A DNA stretch of 63,501 bases, filler included, from Trichosphaerium sp. ATCC 40318 (taxonomy: Eukaryota; Protista; Tubulinea): the NCBI GenBank assembly GCA_038496445.1. It is 2 parts of 2 records of this genome, joined end to end, with 100 filler letters (N's around TTAATTAATTAA, not from the genome) between each part and the next. Parts side by side here need not be neighbours in the genome. Positions count along the whole stretch, not along the records: positions 32,096 to 63,501 come from JALMLS010000592.1; 1 more part is not named here. One strand, written 5' to 3'. The notes under the pieces were generated by a model. That model saw nothing but the letters and a program-made list of their open reading frames with translations, was not told where the DNA came from and made no database searches. The translations under genes and the position numbers were made by a program. Positions 49,478-62,454 of the stretch are shown here, one piece after another. Within the stretch, counting starts at the first letter, position 1, and every line of letters starts with the position of its first letter.

Positions 49478-51570
49478 TTAAGAGAAACAGAATTGTTTAT
49501 CTTTTGCACGAAAATACTCTTGCACAAAGTCTTCTTTGATACTTCCACAAAAGAAGATATTACAGTTCATCTCTTGGCATATTGTTCGAAATAAATGAGA
49601 TACTTTGTAGTGACTGTTGTAGAGCTGAACCAACTTTATCTCTGGATACCACCTCAGAAACTTTGAAAAAATCCTGAGTTGATGTGGCTGGTCGTCTTCT
49701 TTTAGCAAAACAGATGCACTTACTTTGTCGTGTATGAGACAAATAAGGCTATTTTGAATTGTGGTCTTGGGTACAAAACAAACATAGATCCGTTGCGGTG
49801 TTATTGAAGCTCTTGGCAACTGCTTCTCAATGTATGACATATCCTTGTGGTATGTCTTGATTGTCTTTATATTGTTTCTTTCTCTTGATAGTTGTTGTAA
49901 AAGACGTTGAGCATCCGCTTTACACATGAATCTGATATCAATCTCTTTGACATGTTTCAGCTTGTTATGGTCTGGAAGACCTTCTCTTTCAATCAGACTG
50001 ACAGCACTGTAATATTGAATATTTGATTTTACAGAATCATATAGAAACTGGCATGCTGTTAATAGGCACTTTGTTGAAACACAGTCGAGATGTTCCAATA
50101 TGAGTGTGATTATTTCTAAGAATTGTAAACAACAAAACAGTTTGTTGATACAAAAGATCTCTGTTGAAGATGTGGCAAAGATGTACCTGGAGGCATCATT
50201 GAAATCTTGTCTGTTGTATTTTCAGGGTCCACATTAATTATTGTTTTGGGACGCTTGAGTTGTATCTCGAGGTCAAAATCACTTTCCATAAAACCTGAAA
50301 AAAATATTGCAACACTTTTTGGTGTTAAATCAACAACGCTTGTCACTCCTTCCCTTACAAATTCATTCCAAACGGTCATATATTCCATTTTAGATATGAC
50401 TTTGTTCCTGTTTATTAATCCCTTAACAAAAAAATTAGAGTAAAACTAGCAAGAACGTCCAATAAATAATTATACAGGTATTCTTGAGTTTTTTTTTGAA
50501 AGGTTTCTTCAATATTGCTATCAAGTTTATCAAGTTGTGCTTGCCTCCATGGATGTTAGAACTCCCGTTTTACCATTTTCAAATCTGCCAATGATAAGTA
50601 TGGGATATTCATTAAACTTGGGAAGCCCAACTCTTGTAACGTCAGGAATGTAAATCGATACCCAATACATATTTGAAAGAGTTGAGTGTTCTTTGAGTTC
50701 TTTGGAGCACAATACTTTTCTATTTTTATGTCAGGTAAGCTGGAATGAAATGAAATATACATCCAAAACATATACATACTCGCTTTGGTCACATGTGGGA
50801 TCACTTGTGTAGATATAAATCGCAAAATTGAAGTATGTTTTGGTTGGATTGTTCAGAGAACAAAAAATATTAGGTTCTGTTTGCCCACCATCTTTCACAT
50901 GTTGTATATTTTGTTGTATATGTATGTCATTTCTATCATCAGTATAAGGTTGAATAGCCTGAAGTAAGCTATAAATCAGTGCGGTTCTAGCGTTACAATC
51001 GGGCTCAGTGCTAACAAACAAAGGTACTTAGATTGTTAGGTGTTCTTTTTTTGAACAACAAAGTACCTTAGCCCTTGTACCACTGATGAAACAGGACTCT
51101 TCTCTGCCTTTAGTATAACTTCACAATCATATGTTATACCAAGTATTTCATAGGGGAGCACTTCATCCTTCACAGCCTGTTAGTTACAATTTTTTTATGA
51201 TATTGTTGTTTTGAAAAAAAAATTTCCGGCGCTTTCGTTAAGCGTATTTTGGATTTTGAAACTTTTTTCTTGTTTACTGGTTTTGACCCTCATAGCGTAC
51301 GTTGGTGTACTCCGAGTAATCAAGTGAAGGATAACGTTGTAAATGTGGTTTAACCCCTGTCACTTTATATACAGCCTGTTTGAGTTGAATTACTGTACCA
51401 TACGTTGATGTACGTATTCTGTACGTTTCTTTCTTGAATTTGACGCGAAACGATATTTTTAGCTGTTGTGTGTTGTCACTTGCGCCAGAAGACTGATTCC
51501 AATGAGTGTGCTCCATAAAAGATGTTGAAAGTAATTGTTGTGGCTCAAAATGTCTCGTTGTGTCCTTCAT
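49478..51570 (-). CDS. Ubiquitin-like-domain protein, copy 2, multi-exon
   Basis: FRVKFKKETYRIRTSTYGTVIQLKQAVYKVTGVKPHLQR; closely similar to 35270-37234. Confidence 0.65.
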
Positions 51571-52293
51571 AGTATGACTTACGTACCTTAAGTTATAACA
51601 AACTTTTCAATGTCAGTTTCAACAGAACAGACCACGGAAGATGATCTCAGTATTTACTACCGGACGTACTATGAATGTAGCCTTAGTGATTTTCACACTT
51701 ACAAATCCGGCGTCCAGTTTCTTTGGCAAACATTTATGATTGAAAGAATACTGAATTTGGGTGGATAACCCGTTGGTATTTGTGGCCCATAGCTTATTAA
51801 ATGCTTATACCACTCTAACAAAATTGTGTGTCACTTGTGCCAAAGCTAATCATTGCACGGTTAATGATTAAACTTTAAGGGAGACTAACATTTCTCTAAA
51901 GTTACCTTGGCAGTAGTTTCGACAATCACGAGTTTTAGAAAAATTACCATTCTGTTAACGGCAAACGCAAAACAGCCGTCGATCCTAATCAGGCTTAACT
52001 GCTACAAAGTTGTATATTTCGTAGAGGAGGTAGGTGCTGCGACCGCTTCTACGTAACATTGGAAAGGAAAGAAGAATGAAGGAGACATTTCTTATCAAGC
52101 AATTTCAGTAACAATAAAGTTGACAAAATTTCCCTAATAGTGTCGTATTAGATGAACTTCAGAAGCGTATCTACGTCCGATATTTATGTATTTTTGCTGG
52201 ATCCAGACGGTTTAATCTTGGGCATAACGGTACAGTCATAGTATACATAAAAAAATTGGGTCTTATTCAGTCCACTACACTTAACACGTGATA

Positions 52294-54582
52294 ATGACAT
52301 ATATCGCAACGATTGTGTTATTATGTTTATTAGGATTGGTACTGGGCGCAAAGAAGCCAAACTTTATCTTTTTCTTTCCAGATGAGACAAGAGCAGAGTC
52401 TCTTGGTACTTATGGTCATCCTATAACAAAAACACCAAACTATGATCGCTTAGCCTCCATGGGCACTGTTTTTGAAAATGCTCACGTGCAGCATACCCAA
52501 GTACGTTAACAAAGACTACCGACATGCCTTGCATTTATTTTGGTTTAAACTAACTTGTTTTATAACTAGTGCTCTCCAAGTCGCTGCGCACTCACTACAG
52601 GAAGATACTTGCACGTGAGTAACGAAGTTGTTTATTCGTTGTATTTTTGAACGCTTTAGCTACTTTTCCTTTACTTGAAATATCACGTGAGTAACTATTT
52701 TGGGTTTTTTAGGTTCTTGGTCACAGGTGAAAATCGTTTAGATTATGTTTGTAGGCCTGTATGTTGCTAATTTTGAGGATAGAACTCAGACGCATCTTGT
52801 TCAAGTTTATGAAAGAAATCTGTTCAAGTATTTGAAGGAAGATGGCTATACTGTTGTATGGCTTGGAAAGAACGATATGTTTAGTCAAAAAGCGTTCCCA
52901 GACTCTGTTACGTATTGGGAAGACGATATAGGCGTTCAAAGAGGAGGACCCATGTTCAAATTTGGTGAGGCAGGGTACGCTTTGTAGTTTTCGAACGCAA
53001 AAAAAAAGTGATCAATATCAGCTTATGGCCTTTTTTACGCTTGTTTACTAGTTATAGGTATTATTCGTACTTGGACAAGCCTGATACAGACTCGTACAAT
53101 TCAACCAATAACAGGTAAAGAAAGAACGAAAAAGGGAAAACAATGCTTTGTTGTTGCTAATTTCTTTTGGCAAGGGATTACTACGCAGTAACACGTGCGA
53201 TTCGGTTTTTAGAGACAAACCCTCAGGAGCCTTGGATGATATTTTTACCTGGTATTGGAGCTCATCCACCTTATGGTGCTCCGAATCCGTACTACAGCAT
53301 GTACAATCCAGATGAAATAAAGGTACATGCAACTTTTTTTTTCTGAGCAACTAACAATCACGTTTAGAAAAAAGCACCTTTGAGACCACCAAATAATCCA
53401 AGTGCGAAACTTCTTTATGTTTTTTAATAGCTAATGGATGGGATAGAAAAACCAAAATATCATTCACCAACTGAGGGCATTCAATATTATAGAAATTTGA
53501 CAAACTTCAATGTTCTACAGAATAAATGCAGTATACTTGGGGCTAATTTCGTACTCTGGTAAGTGAGGCTTAGCTTGTGTTGCGCTTATCAATTTATTAG
53601 ATTGGGTATTTGGTCAAATGTTAGACTATGTTGAAAAAAGCGAGTACTGGGATAACACAGCAGTTATAGTTTCATCTGATCATGGAGACTTTTCAGTAAG
53701 AAAAAAATCAGAAATTAATTCACAACTAAAGGCAATAAAAGGGTGATTTCCACCTTGTCGAAAAATGGCCTGGTGGTATGGACGATATCTTAACACATGT
53801 TCCATTGATGATGCGCATACCAGATGGTGTAAAAGGTCATCGTGTAAAGTACGCAAGCATCAAACAAACTTTCTAAGATTGATGCTTATTTTCGTAGGAC
53901 ACCTGTCGCTCAATTTGATATTATGTCTACTATCCTTGATCTTGCAGGCATTAATGATACACGTGTACATTTTTCAAAATCACTTGTGCCAGAATTAAAA
54001 GGAAGCACTGGTGATGTAAATCGTGCAGTATTCAGCGAAGGAGGCTACTACTACCATTATGTACACTACTTTCTCCAAAGACTATTGGCGCTGACCTTTC
54101 TGCAACAGGAGATTGAGCCCTATGATCCAGAGCAAGCTAAAACATATGCGGATAAGACTCGTATGGTTTATCCAAGAGGAGAAGAAGAAAAACAACCTAA
54201 TGGAATACCACGTTGTGTAATGATACGAAAAATGGACTTTAAGGTTCGACAAGGACAGAATTCTTTATTTTTTCAATAGTTCGTTCTTCTGCGCAACTAA
54301 ACTAAGTTTTTGGAATCTAGATGGTTTACAGGCCTCTCGGCGTTAATGAGCTTTATGATATTAAAAAAGATCCAAGAGAACTGAACAACGTTTATAACGA
54401 TCCATCGTGAGTTTGAAAAGTGACCTTAAAAAAAAAGTAATGTATTGTTTAGGTACTCTACCCAACGTGTAGAACTACTTGAGGAGCTTTTAGAATGGTA
54501 TTTGCAGACTGCAGATGTAACTCCACTTGACGAAGACCCTAGAGGATTACCAGCAAAGGAACCCGTACCGTTCAGAAAGTAA
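52294..54582 (+). CDS. Secreted formylglycine-dependent sulfatase; apparent frameshift at ~53511
   Basis: Signal peptide; KPNFIFFFPDE; TPNYDRLA; CSPSRCALTTGRY (CxPxR); GKND; AHPPY; SSDHGD; ELYDIKKDPRELNN. Confidence 0.9.
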
Positions 54583-54844
54583 CAGACAAGGTAGTGGTCC
54601 GGTCCCTACTAGGCACAAACATTATTAAACGGTTACCTACAATTACTTGTACAAGTGAATGCTACTCTAGTAAAGTTGAAAGCCGTTTCCACGCTCAGAC
54701 TTTAACCCACGCAATCAGCCTTGGTTCGAACAGGTGAAATCTCCTCTTAACAAAGAATGACTATTTTTCAAATTTCTTGGCAATCTAGCTTAAGGAGTTA
54801 AGTGTTGTTGCAAACTGGTTATCGCATTCCAAACACAGCAAATC

Positions 54845-56133
54845 ATGAGTTTTTGTGGTATCACCGTAGAACAAGCCCTCACATACTATCACAAGAACCA
54901 CAAGGATCTATTTAATAAAATTACACCAGAACACAAAACCTTCGTAAAACAAGTGGAAACTATATTAAACGTCTCAGATACAACCATCACGCAACAACTT
55001 ACGAACGTTGGACAACAACCAAAGAATCTTAATTTGACAAAGTGCAAACCAAGAAAGTACGTGTTGTTGATATTTTTCTCAGAAAAACAAACATTCTTCT
55101 ACAATTCACCTTTGTGGTTAAAGAACATTTATCTTTCAGTGCCGTTATGTGTCAAGTGTAATCTTTGAAATGACATGTGTACAACACCGTAACAAATCAA
55201 CAATACCGAAGTCGTACATTTTAGTTTGAATACATACATAAGTTGTGTTTTTCTAGTCACAAAGAGTTGTTACTAAAACAATTTAGGGCGAATATGCTTG
55301 ATTGTCCACCAGAAGTTCTTTCAAAGATTGTATGTCGAATAAGAGAGAAAGATAAGTTCTCTATTGCTCAATCTTGTAGTATATTGGCTGATATCATTCA
55401 CGCCATTGTTGGCTATGAACGTGTCTATATTCACAATATTCCAGACTTGGTGAGGATCGCACAGTACAAGGGTATTATGAGAAATTCTATGATTTGCGTT
55501 TGTATAAAGAAGAAAGTTAATTTGTTTTCATTATTAGCTGATTGTCGAAATATAACATCAACATACAGACATCAATTAACATACAAAGACATAAAACAAC
55601 TTACTGGGGTTCATTCCATAAATCTTCCATTTTGCAATATGAAAGATAAAGGTATTAGAGCACTTGCTGGCATTCATACGATTAATCTTGAATGTTCTGA
55701 TGTTGACGATGAAGGTGTCAAAGCCCTTGCTGGTGTTCATACCATTAACCTTACTCGTACTTCTGTTACAGATGAAGGTTTAAGAGCACTCGCTGGTGTA
55801 CATAGTATCAACCTTAGTATATGTATGCAAATATCAGATGAAGGCATCAAAGCACTTGTAGGTGTTCATACCATTAACCTTACTCGTACTTCTGTTACAG
55901 ATGAAGGTTTAAGAGCACTCGCTGGTGTACATAGTATCGACCTTACTAGATGTATGCAAATATCAGATGAAGGCATTAAATCACTGGCAGGCGTTCATAC
56001 ACTTGATCTCTCTTATACTTCTGCTACAGATGAAGGCATCAAATCACTAAATGGTGTTTATACTTTGCGCACTGTTCATACTAAAATAACCTCAAAAGCA
56101 AAGAGGAACCAAAAACGTAAATATTATAAATGA
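54845..56133 (+). CDS. F-box-like plus LRR protein, paralog of 24858-26090, with one intron at 55057-55286
   Basis: Shared N-terminus F.G..V.QAL.YYH.NH; LDCPPEVLSKI; GVHTINLTRTSVTDEGLRALA repeats. Confidence 0.82.
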
Positions 56134-56573
56134 ACGTGCTTCCAAAGTGAGTTTTGCGCTTTTTGACTACAAAGTATTTCAACGCACACCTCCATTTATT
56201 GAACATTATCGAAGCTCCAAAAAACTAAAAAAAAAGGCATTAAAACTGATCTTGAAAAATAGAATAAATATTGCTGTTCAACATTCCGTGTAGACATGAG
56301 GTGCAGAAAATACAAAAATAGGGGCAAAGGAAATACTTACATTGTCGGAATACTGTATTCATTAACCATTACAGTTCGTGTGATCATAACACAAAACGTC
56401 ACTTCGTGAATAGGAGTATTTCGGACTTTTTGAGAATCAAAAACAAAAAAAACAAGTCACCTTTCTCTCATTAAGTCTTTCTTTCTCATATTGCTAGCCA
56501 CCTTCTTTTTGCCAAATAACGCGTTAATTAATATAAAGTATAAACTGTAGCGTGTTGCTATCCTTAATACACG

Positions 56574-59500
56574 ATGGAATCCAGTAGTGAAGACACTCTC
56601 GCTCAAGATGCCTTTGGGTTTGAGCGGAATACAGTTGGAGACGTTGGAGATGAATTAGAGGATCACGTTGGCAAACTTGACCCAACTCTTTATTTTGACA
56701 AGGCCTTGTTACAAGTGACGATATTAGAGGGCAGACAGATCGGTCAGCTAGGAAAAAAGAAAAGCGGAGGTAAATTGTTGTCTTGTTTTGAAAACCGAAA
56801 ACATAGGTTTTTTCTTATCTTATAGACTTCGTTGTAACGAAGCACGTGATTGTTTTATTTTTGTTGGTTGTTAATAAATTTAGCTGGAAGATTCTCTAAT
56901 AATAATACGTGGGTGACAATGAGCGTGCTACATCACAAAGAAGCAAGCCGTACGCGTTAGGATTTTTTTTGTTGAATTTTGGTTAAAAAACCCACAAGTA
57001 GTAACCTTTTTGTGTTTTTTAGCGCCAATCGCTTCAGATAAGGGTAAGGTCATGTGGGCTTTCACTTCAGCTACGTAAGATATTTTATTATTAGTCACGT
57101 GTCTGTTTTTTTTTTATTTTTTCTGAAATAACGTTAAAACCGTGGAAGACAAGTATCACGTGATTTAATTTTGTGGATTTTTATAGGATAGTTCATGACC
57201 TTGGAACAAAATCAGATCCTGTTTTATTACGTGTTGAAGTATTCGAATATGTCAACTTTATTATGACAGCAAGCATGGGTGTTGTTGAAATACCTGTGGT
57301 CAATTTCGCTGATAATAAGCCACACGACTTTTGGATACAAGTAAGCAAGTTTTTTCAAGAAGCAAAAAAAAAACAATAATAATAATTGTCTGTGTAGTTG
57401 AAGAGAAGGCGTTTTAGGAAAATGAGAGAGAAAACTGGTTCTGGTATTGGGTTTAGAAAGGAATTTTCTGGAACTAAACTTGGTCAAATCCACATGCAAG
57501 TTCATTTCGACGTAAGGAACCCACAAGTTTTTCCTTTCGTTTATTATTTCTTTGTGCCGCTAATTTTTTTCAAAGTTTGACATAAATAAGCTCATGTCTG
57601 TTCGCGAAATTGATAGTATGTATAAGAAAGCATGTGTACGTACAAATGATTCCTTGTATAATATGTATCAAGATTAAATTGAAAGATATTTAGAGATCAC
57701 TTCCAACGGGTGTTATTCCAAAAAGAACTAATGTTGGTGAAAAATGGGCGCTTATTCAACAGCTTCGTGTAGCACAAGAAAAGCACATGCAAAGAAAACA
57801 AGAACCAGAGTATTTTATAGGTACTTCCGAAAACTTCAAAAAAAGATCATTATAGGCGCCACGTGGATATGTTTTTAATCAAACTATAGGCCTTTTAAAG
57901 CGTGGTGATGTGACAATTGATGTGCTTACTACCTTAAACTCAAAGTTAAGTGTAAAGAGAAAGGTACTAAGAGTAGTGTAAGTGATTTTTAAAAGACAAC
58001 GAAAAGGCTGCACAGGAGGATATTAAAAACTGGAGAAAAGAGTTTATAAGGCGTGATGGATTAGTTTGGATAGTTGAATGTCTTAGCTTCAAAATGAGTA
58101 AGATTAGGTATGGCTAATATAGCTAGTAGTATTCATTATCGGTTCATTAATAACGCGAGATGGATAGGAGCGCAGCACGTACATTTACTGATCAAGATAT
58201 CGATATGGTGAAGTACTTGGTTCACACAATTGATCACGCTGTACGATACGAACAGGTGCGTATTTTTTAATATCTGTTATTGAACATTTCTGGTTTTGGG
58301 GGTACCAAAGTTGCTAAAGGTGTCACGTGATATTTTTGTTTAAGCCGGGTTTTTTTACGTAGGATTAAGTCTACAATTGCTTCATTAATAGGTACTCTTT
58401 AGATCAGTAAAACTTGCTTGACCATTCTTGATAACCTCAAGTTATTGGTTAGTGTTATAGACTGCGTTGATATTGAAGAAGTTGTTCTCGTGTTTAGTTT
58501 ACTTATTCGAATGGCTAAGAACGATGCAGTTGTGGAGTACGAACTTGAGTTTATTACTTTTGTTTGGTAATAAGCATAAAAACGCTCACGTGTTTTTAAC
58601 TAGCTCAATGATTGTTTCTGTTAAATCTTTCATTGTTGTACATACTGGAGTCACTGGAGATCTTCTAGAAGAGCTTTGGGAGGGTACAAATCTTGAGTTC
58701 AAGGTACATACTTTTTAATAAACACGTACATGTCACATTGACGTCATTCCTTACATCATCCAGGCTAATTTCCTGCGACTGTTGACAATATGTATATCAA
58801 ATAATGATAAATACGGTTTCTTAAAAGAACCTGCACTTAATCATCCTAAAACCGGACTCATGAGGGAGAACTTTGAGGTAAAGTCACCAGCAAAAACTTT
58901 TTTTCAGTTTTTTTTTAACACGTGACATGAATAGAAAATACTAGATAAATATGAAGATGTTGCTATTTTAAGAAAAGAGGTTGATGCTTACTTACAACAA
59001 GAGGATAGAATTCTATCAACAAACCCAGGTTCGGTTTTTTTTATGTAATCCTTTTGACATCTTTTATTCTTTTGTTGGTTGTTCTCACTCTTTTTTAGCT
59101 AATTCAAGCGCTGACTACGCTCTCGTATTACAAGAGCTTGATAAGTATAAGCTTAGACTTCGCAAACGTGATAAAGAAGCAAGAGCTCTTAAAAAACTAG
59201 CAAGAAGTCTTGAAAGTGATGTTAGATCATTAATGCAACTTATCAATGATAACGGCCTTAAGTATGATGTAAAAACAAAGGTAAGATAAGAAATGACCTT
59301 AAATACATATTCCATTAACACAAATATACAGGTAAACGGATTATTAAAGTCTCCAAAACCATCAGTGCGTGCAGTTTGACTTGTTCTTTTTTTTTCGTTC
59401 GCATGAAACTTACTTTGTTTTCTTTCACAGAGAGCGAATAGTAGCAACTTAAAACGATCAAATTCAAGTATGTGAATACTTATAGACAGACTCACGTTTA

Positions 59501-62454
59501 TATCAATGATTATAACAACTCTACAGGGAGGCTAAAAGAAGAACAATCAAAAGACGAAGAAGAGTCTTCACTAGTTGTTACTTCTGAGGTTGACTTAGAT
59601 GCACCTCCACCTCCGCCATCTGAAGCAGAAGTACGCCCCATTTGTGATAGTTTAGGGTACCTCGATTAACCTTGTTAACAGCTGATGGAAACGATTAAAA
59701 AGCTAGAAGAAAAGGCTAAAGGCGATGAAGAAAAGATTAAACAACTAACAGAAAAGATAAAACAATTGAATACTGGTGGAGGTTCATCACCATCTGATAA
59801 AAAAGTACAAACGGACCTATCATCACTTAACTAACAGAATAAGTCACTCTTAACTTTAATTGTAGGTAGATAGTAAAGTAGTTATAACCAAACCTGAGGT
59901 AGTTGTTCCAATGGTTAAGGTATGCGCAGACTTATAACAGTTTGTTGTACTGACATGGATGATTTTTACAGAAAGCGAACAAACCAAAAGATCCTGCAAA
60001 TGAAACGTTCGGATTACCACAAGCACCAACGCGAGCGTTCATAGAATTTGTTCATAAACTCATTGAGAACAGAAAGCAAGGTAAACAAAAACAACAAATT
60101 TCTTTTCACTCAAAAAATTCGTTACAGCGAAGGAGCGTGCGAATCCAAAACCACAGGTAAGAAGCTCAAATAAACAATAATCAAGCTTAACTTAACACAA
60201 GGTGATGTTGGCAGATGGTGATATACCTCCACCTCCTCCTGGCGCTCCACCTCCACCTGGAATCCCTTCACCACCAAATGCTCCACCAGTACCAGGACCG
60301 CCTGCTCCACCACCTCCACCAAGCGCTCCCGGCCCTCCTCCTCCTCCTGGTGCTAAAAAGAAACCAACAAGAAAATTTTTGAATATTGCAAACAGGTTAG
60401 TGCAGTACCCTTGGGTACATACTCGTACACGTGAGTCTGACATGTTTTTGTTTTATTTAGGGTAAAGAGTATTTCTATGACAAAGGATACTATATTCCAC
60501 GATATGAAACCAGAGCTTCATGGAATTAAAGCAGAAGTATTAGAACAACAGTTTACAATGAAGACAGGTCGCGTTACTGTATCTGCTGGACCTACAGTTA
60601 AAAAAGAAGAGAATAAATTGATATCACTGGCACCAAAGCGCGAACGCATGCTGAGTAAGTCACGTGCAAAGAGAAACTACAAAACATCTCTTTTTTTTCT
60701 TGCAGCCAAACAACACGTTCTTTGATCTTTCTTTCTAACACGTGATATTTTTTTAGAGATATTCTTGCGTTCTTCAAACCTTGATTTGAGACATCTTATT
60801 GATTGCATTCATAAAATGAAACTATCAAAAACAATAACAATAGATGTACTTCAAGTGATAACACCAATCTTTGTAAGTCAGAAACATGCACAAGAATACA
60901 AAGAAGACGTACGATTTGGATGATTATTATCTAATCTTTAACTTACAGAAAATAACGTTATAGTATGCACGATGTATAGCCTACGAAGGACGTATGGATG
61001 CACTCGAGAAAGGATCACAATTTCTGGTTAAGGCACGAACGCACTTTTTTTGCTTGCCTTTGTTTATTTTTTATTCAGATGTACAATGAGTGTCCTGACA
61101 TTGTGACACGTCTACCATTGATGAAATGGAAAGAAGAATTTTTAGAATCGATTGCAGAGAAAACAGACGTACGCCTGCTCGGCTAGTTGGCACGGTTATG
61201 TGAACTTAGAGTGGTAGGGTGTTATGGACGTACTTAATGTTGTAAAAGAACTTGGCGGGAAAAACTTCAAAGTGTTCTTGGAGGTAATAGCGACAACCCT
61301 TTTTGAACTACACTAACTTTTTATCTTTACTAGATGGTAATAGGCGTAATGAATCACTTATCAACAAGGAAGACAAGAGGCTTCAATATCAATTCATTAC
61401 TAAAGGTAAGACATTATTGATTCATTGCCGTTAGCTTGTTCACAACTGTTTGATCTTCTAGCTCAATGACATTAAATCACCAGCAAATCCAAAGGTCTCT
61501 GTGCTTAGATTCATCACTGAAACACTTTACCAAACGAATAAAGACGCTGCTCTTACCATAAGCAGCCTCGGAGAGAAGTTCCAAAAAGCTCTTGCAGGTT
61601 GAGTTTTTATCTTCTTCAACAACCTCTTCTAACACGCTAATAGCATTGCTTCATGGACAACTTGTTCCACCAACAGCGTTAAGAAAACTATGGGACATAG
61701 AAAAGGCAATACAAGAGAACAGTCAAGATGAAGAAGAAAGCGGTAAACTATTTTTCACAAACTCCATGGTCGTATCCTCAAACAAACTTGTACTTTTTAC
61801 TTTTATTTATTGCAAATTTCCTTGACCCATAAAGAATTTTGCTGCTGATATGCGAAAACGTGTTATGCACATGAATCTTCTTCTTAGAAAAGTAAGCGAT
61901 GCTATAGACTTTGTTGGTGGTATAGATTATGATCAAACAGCCTGGCAACGTACATTCCTTTTCTGCTTTCTTAAGATCGAAAAAAATCAATTTTCTTACT
62001 CTTTTGTAGAGGATGCGTCTGTTAGAGAAATCACATCAGCTTGGGTAGAGCTATATGCACCACCGTTGAAAATGGCACGTGATTATTCACGTGATTTATT
62101 AAGTAATGGTTGAGTTTAGGGAAATGCAAAGGATGTACTTGATAGAGCAAACGAGGATATTCATCGTTATGCATTCTTTGCTGAGATGTTTTTATTCTTT
62201 AAGGACTTTAGTAGTATTGTATCAAGTTGTATTCAAGCTGATGTTGTTAAAGCAAGAAAGAGGCTAAAGGTAAACAACCAAGAGTCTTATTTTTTTTAAC
62301 AAATGATCTTTCCTTTATTTTTCTTTTTTGCACAAGGTCTTACTCTTGATCGTGCCTATTGAAACAATGATATCATATTCTTATTTTTATATTTTAGTTT
62401 GGTCGAGGCGGTGGAAGAATGACAACTGGCGCATTGCTTGGGCCTAAGAATTGA
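56574..62454 (+). CDS. Formin with N-terminal C2 domain, GBD/FH3-like region, coiled coil, FH1 and divergent FH2
   Basis: C2 (LQVTILEGR, LRVEVFEY...MGVVEIPV...DFW); EPEYFI...WRKEFIRRDGL; poly-Pro FH1 at 60225-60350; LAPKRERML.IFL, RGFNINSLLKLNDIKS, FAEMFLFFKDF. Confidence 0.85.

Noticed and set aside
54715-54745. GGTTCGAA T-loop-like motif
   Set aside because: No cloverleaf stems around it; I recognised no tRNA or rRNA in the window.
60122-60443. Gly-rich minus-strand ORFs
   Set aside because: They are antisense shadows of the formin FH1 poly-proline exon.
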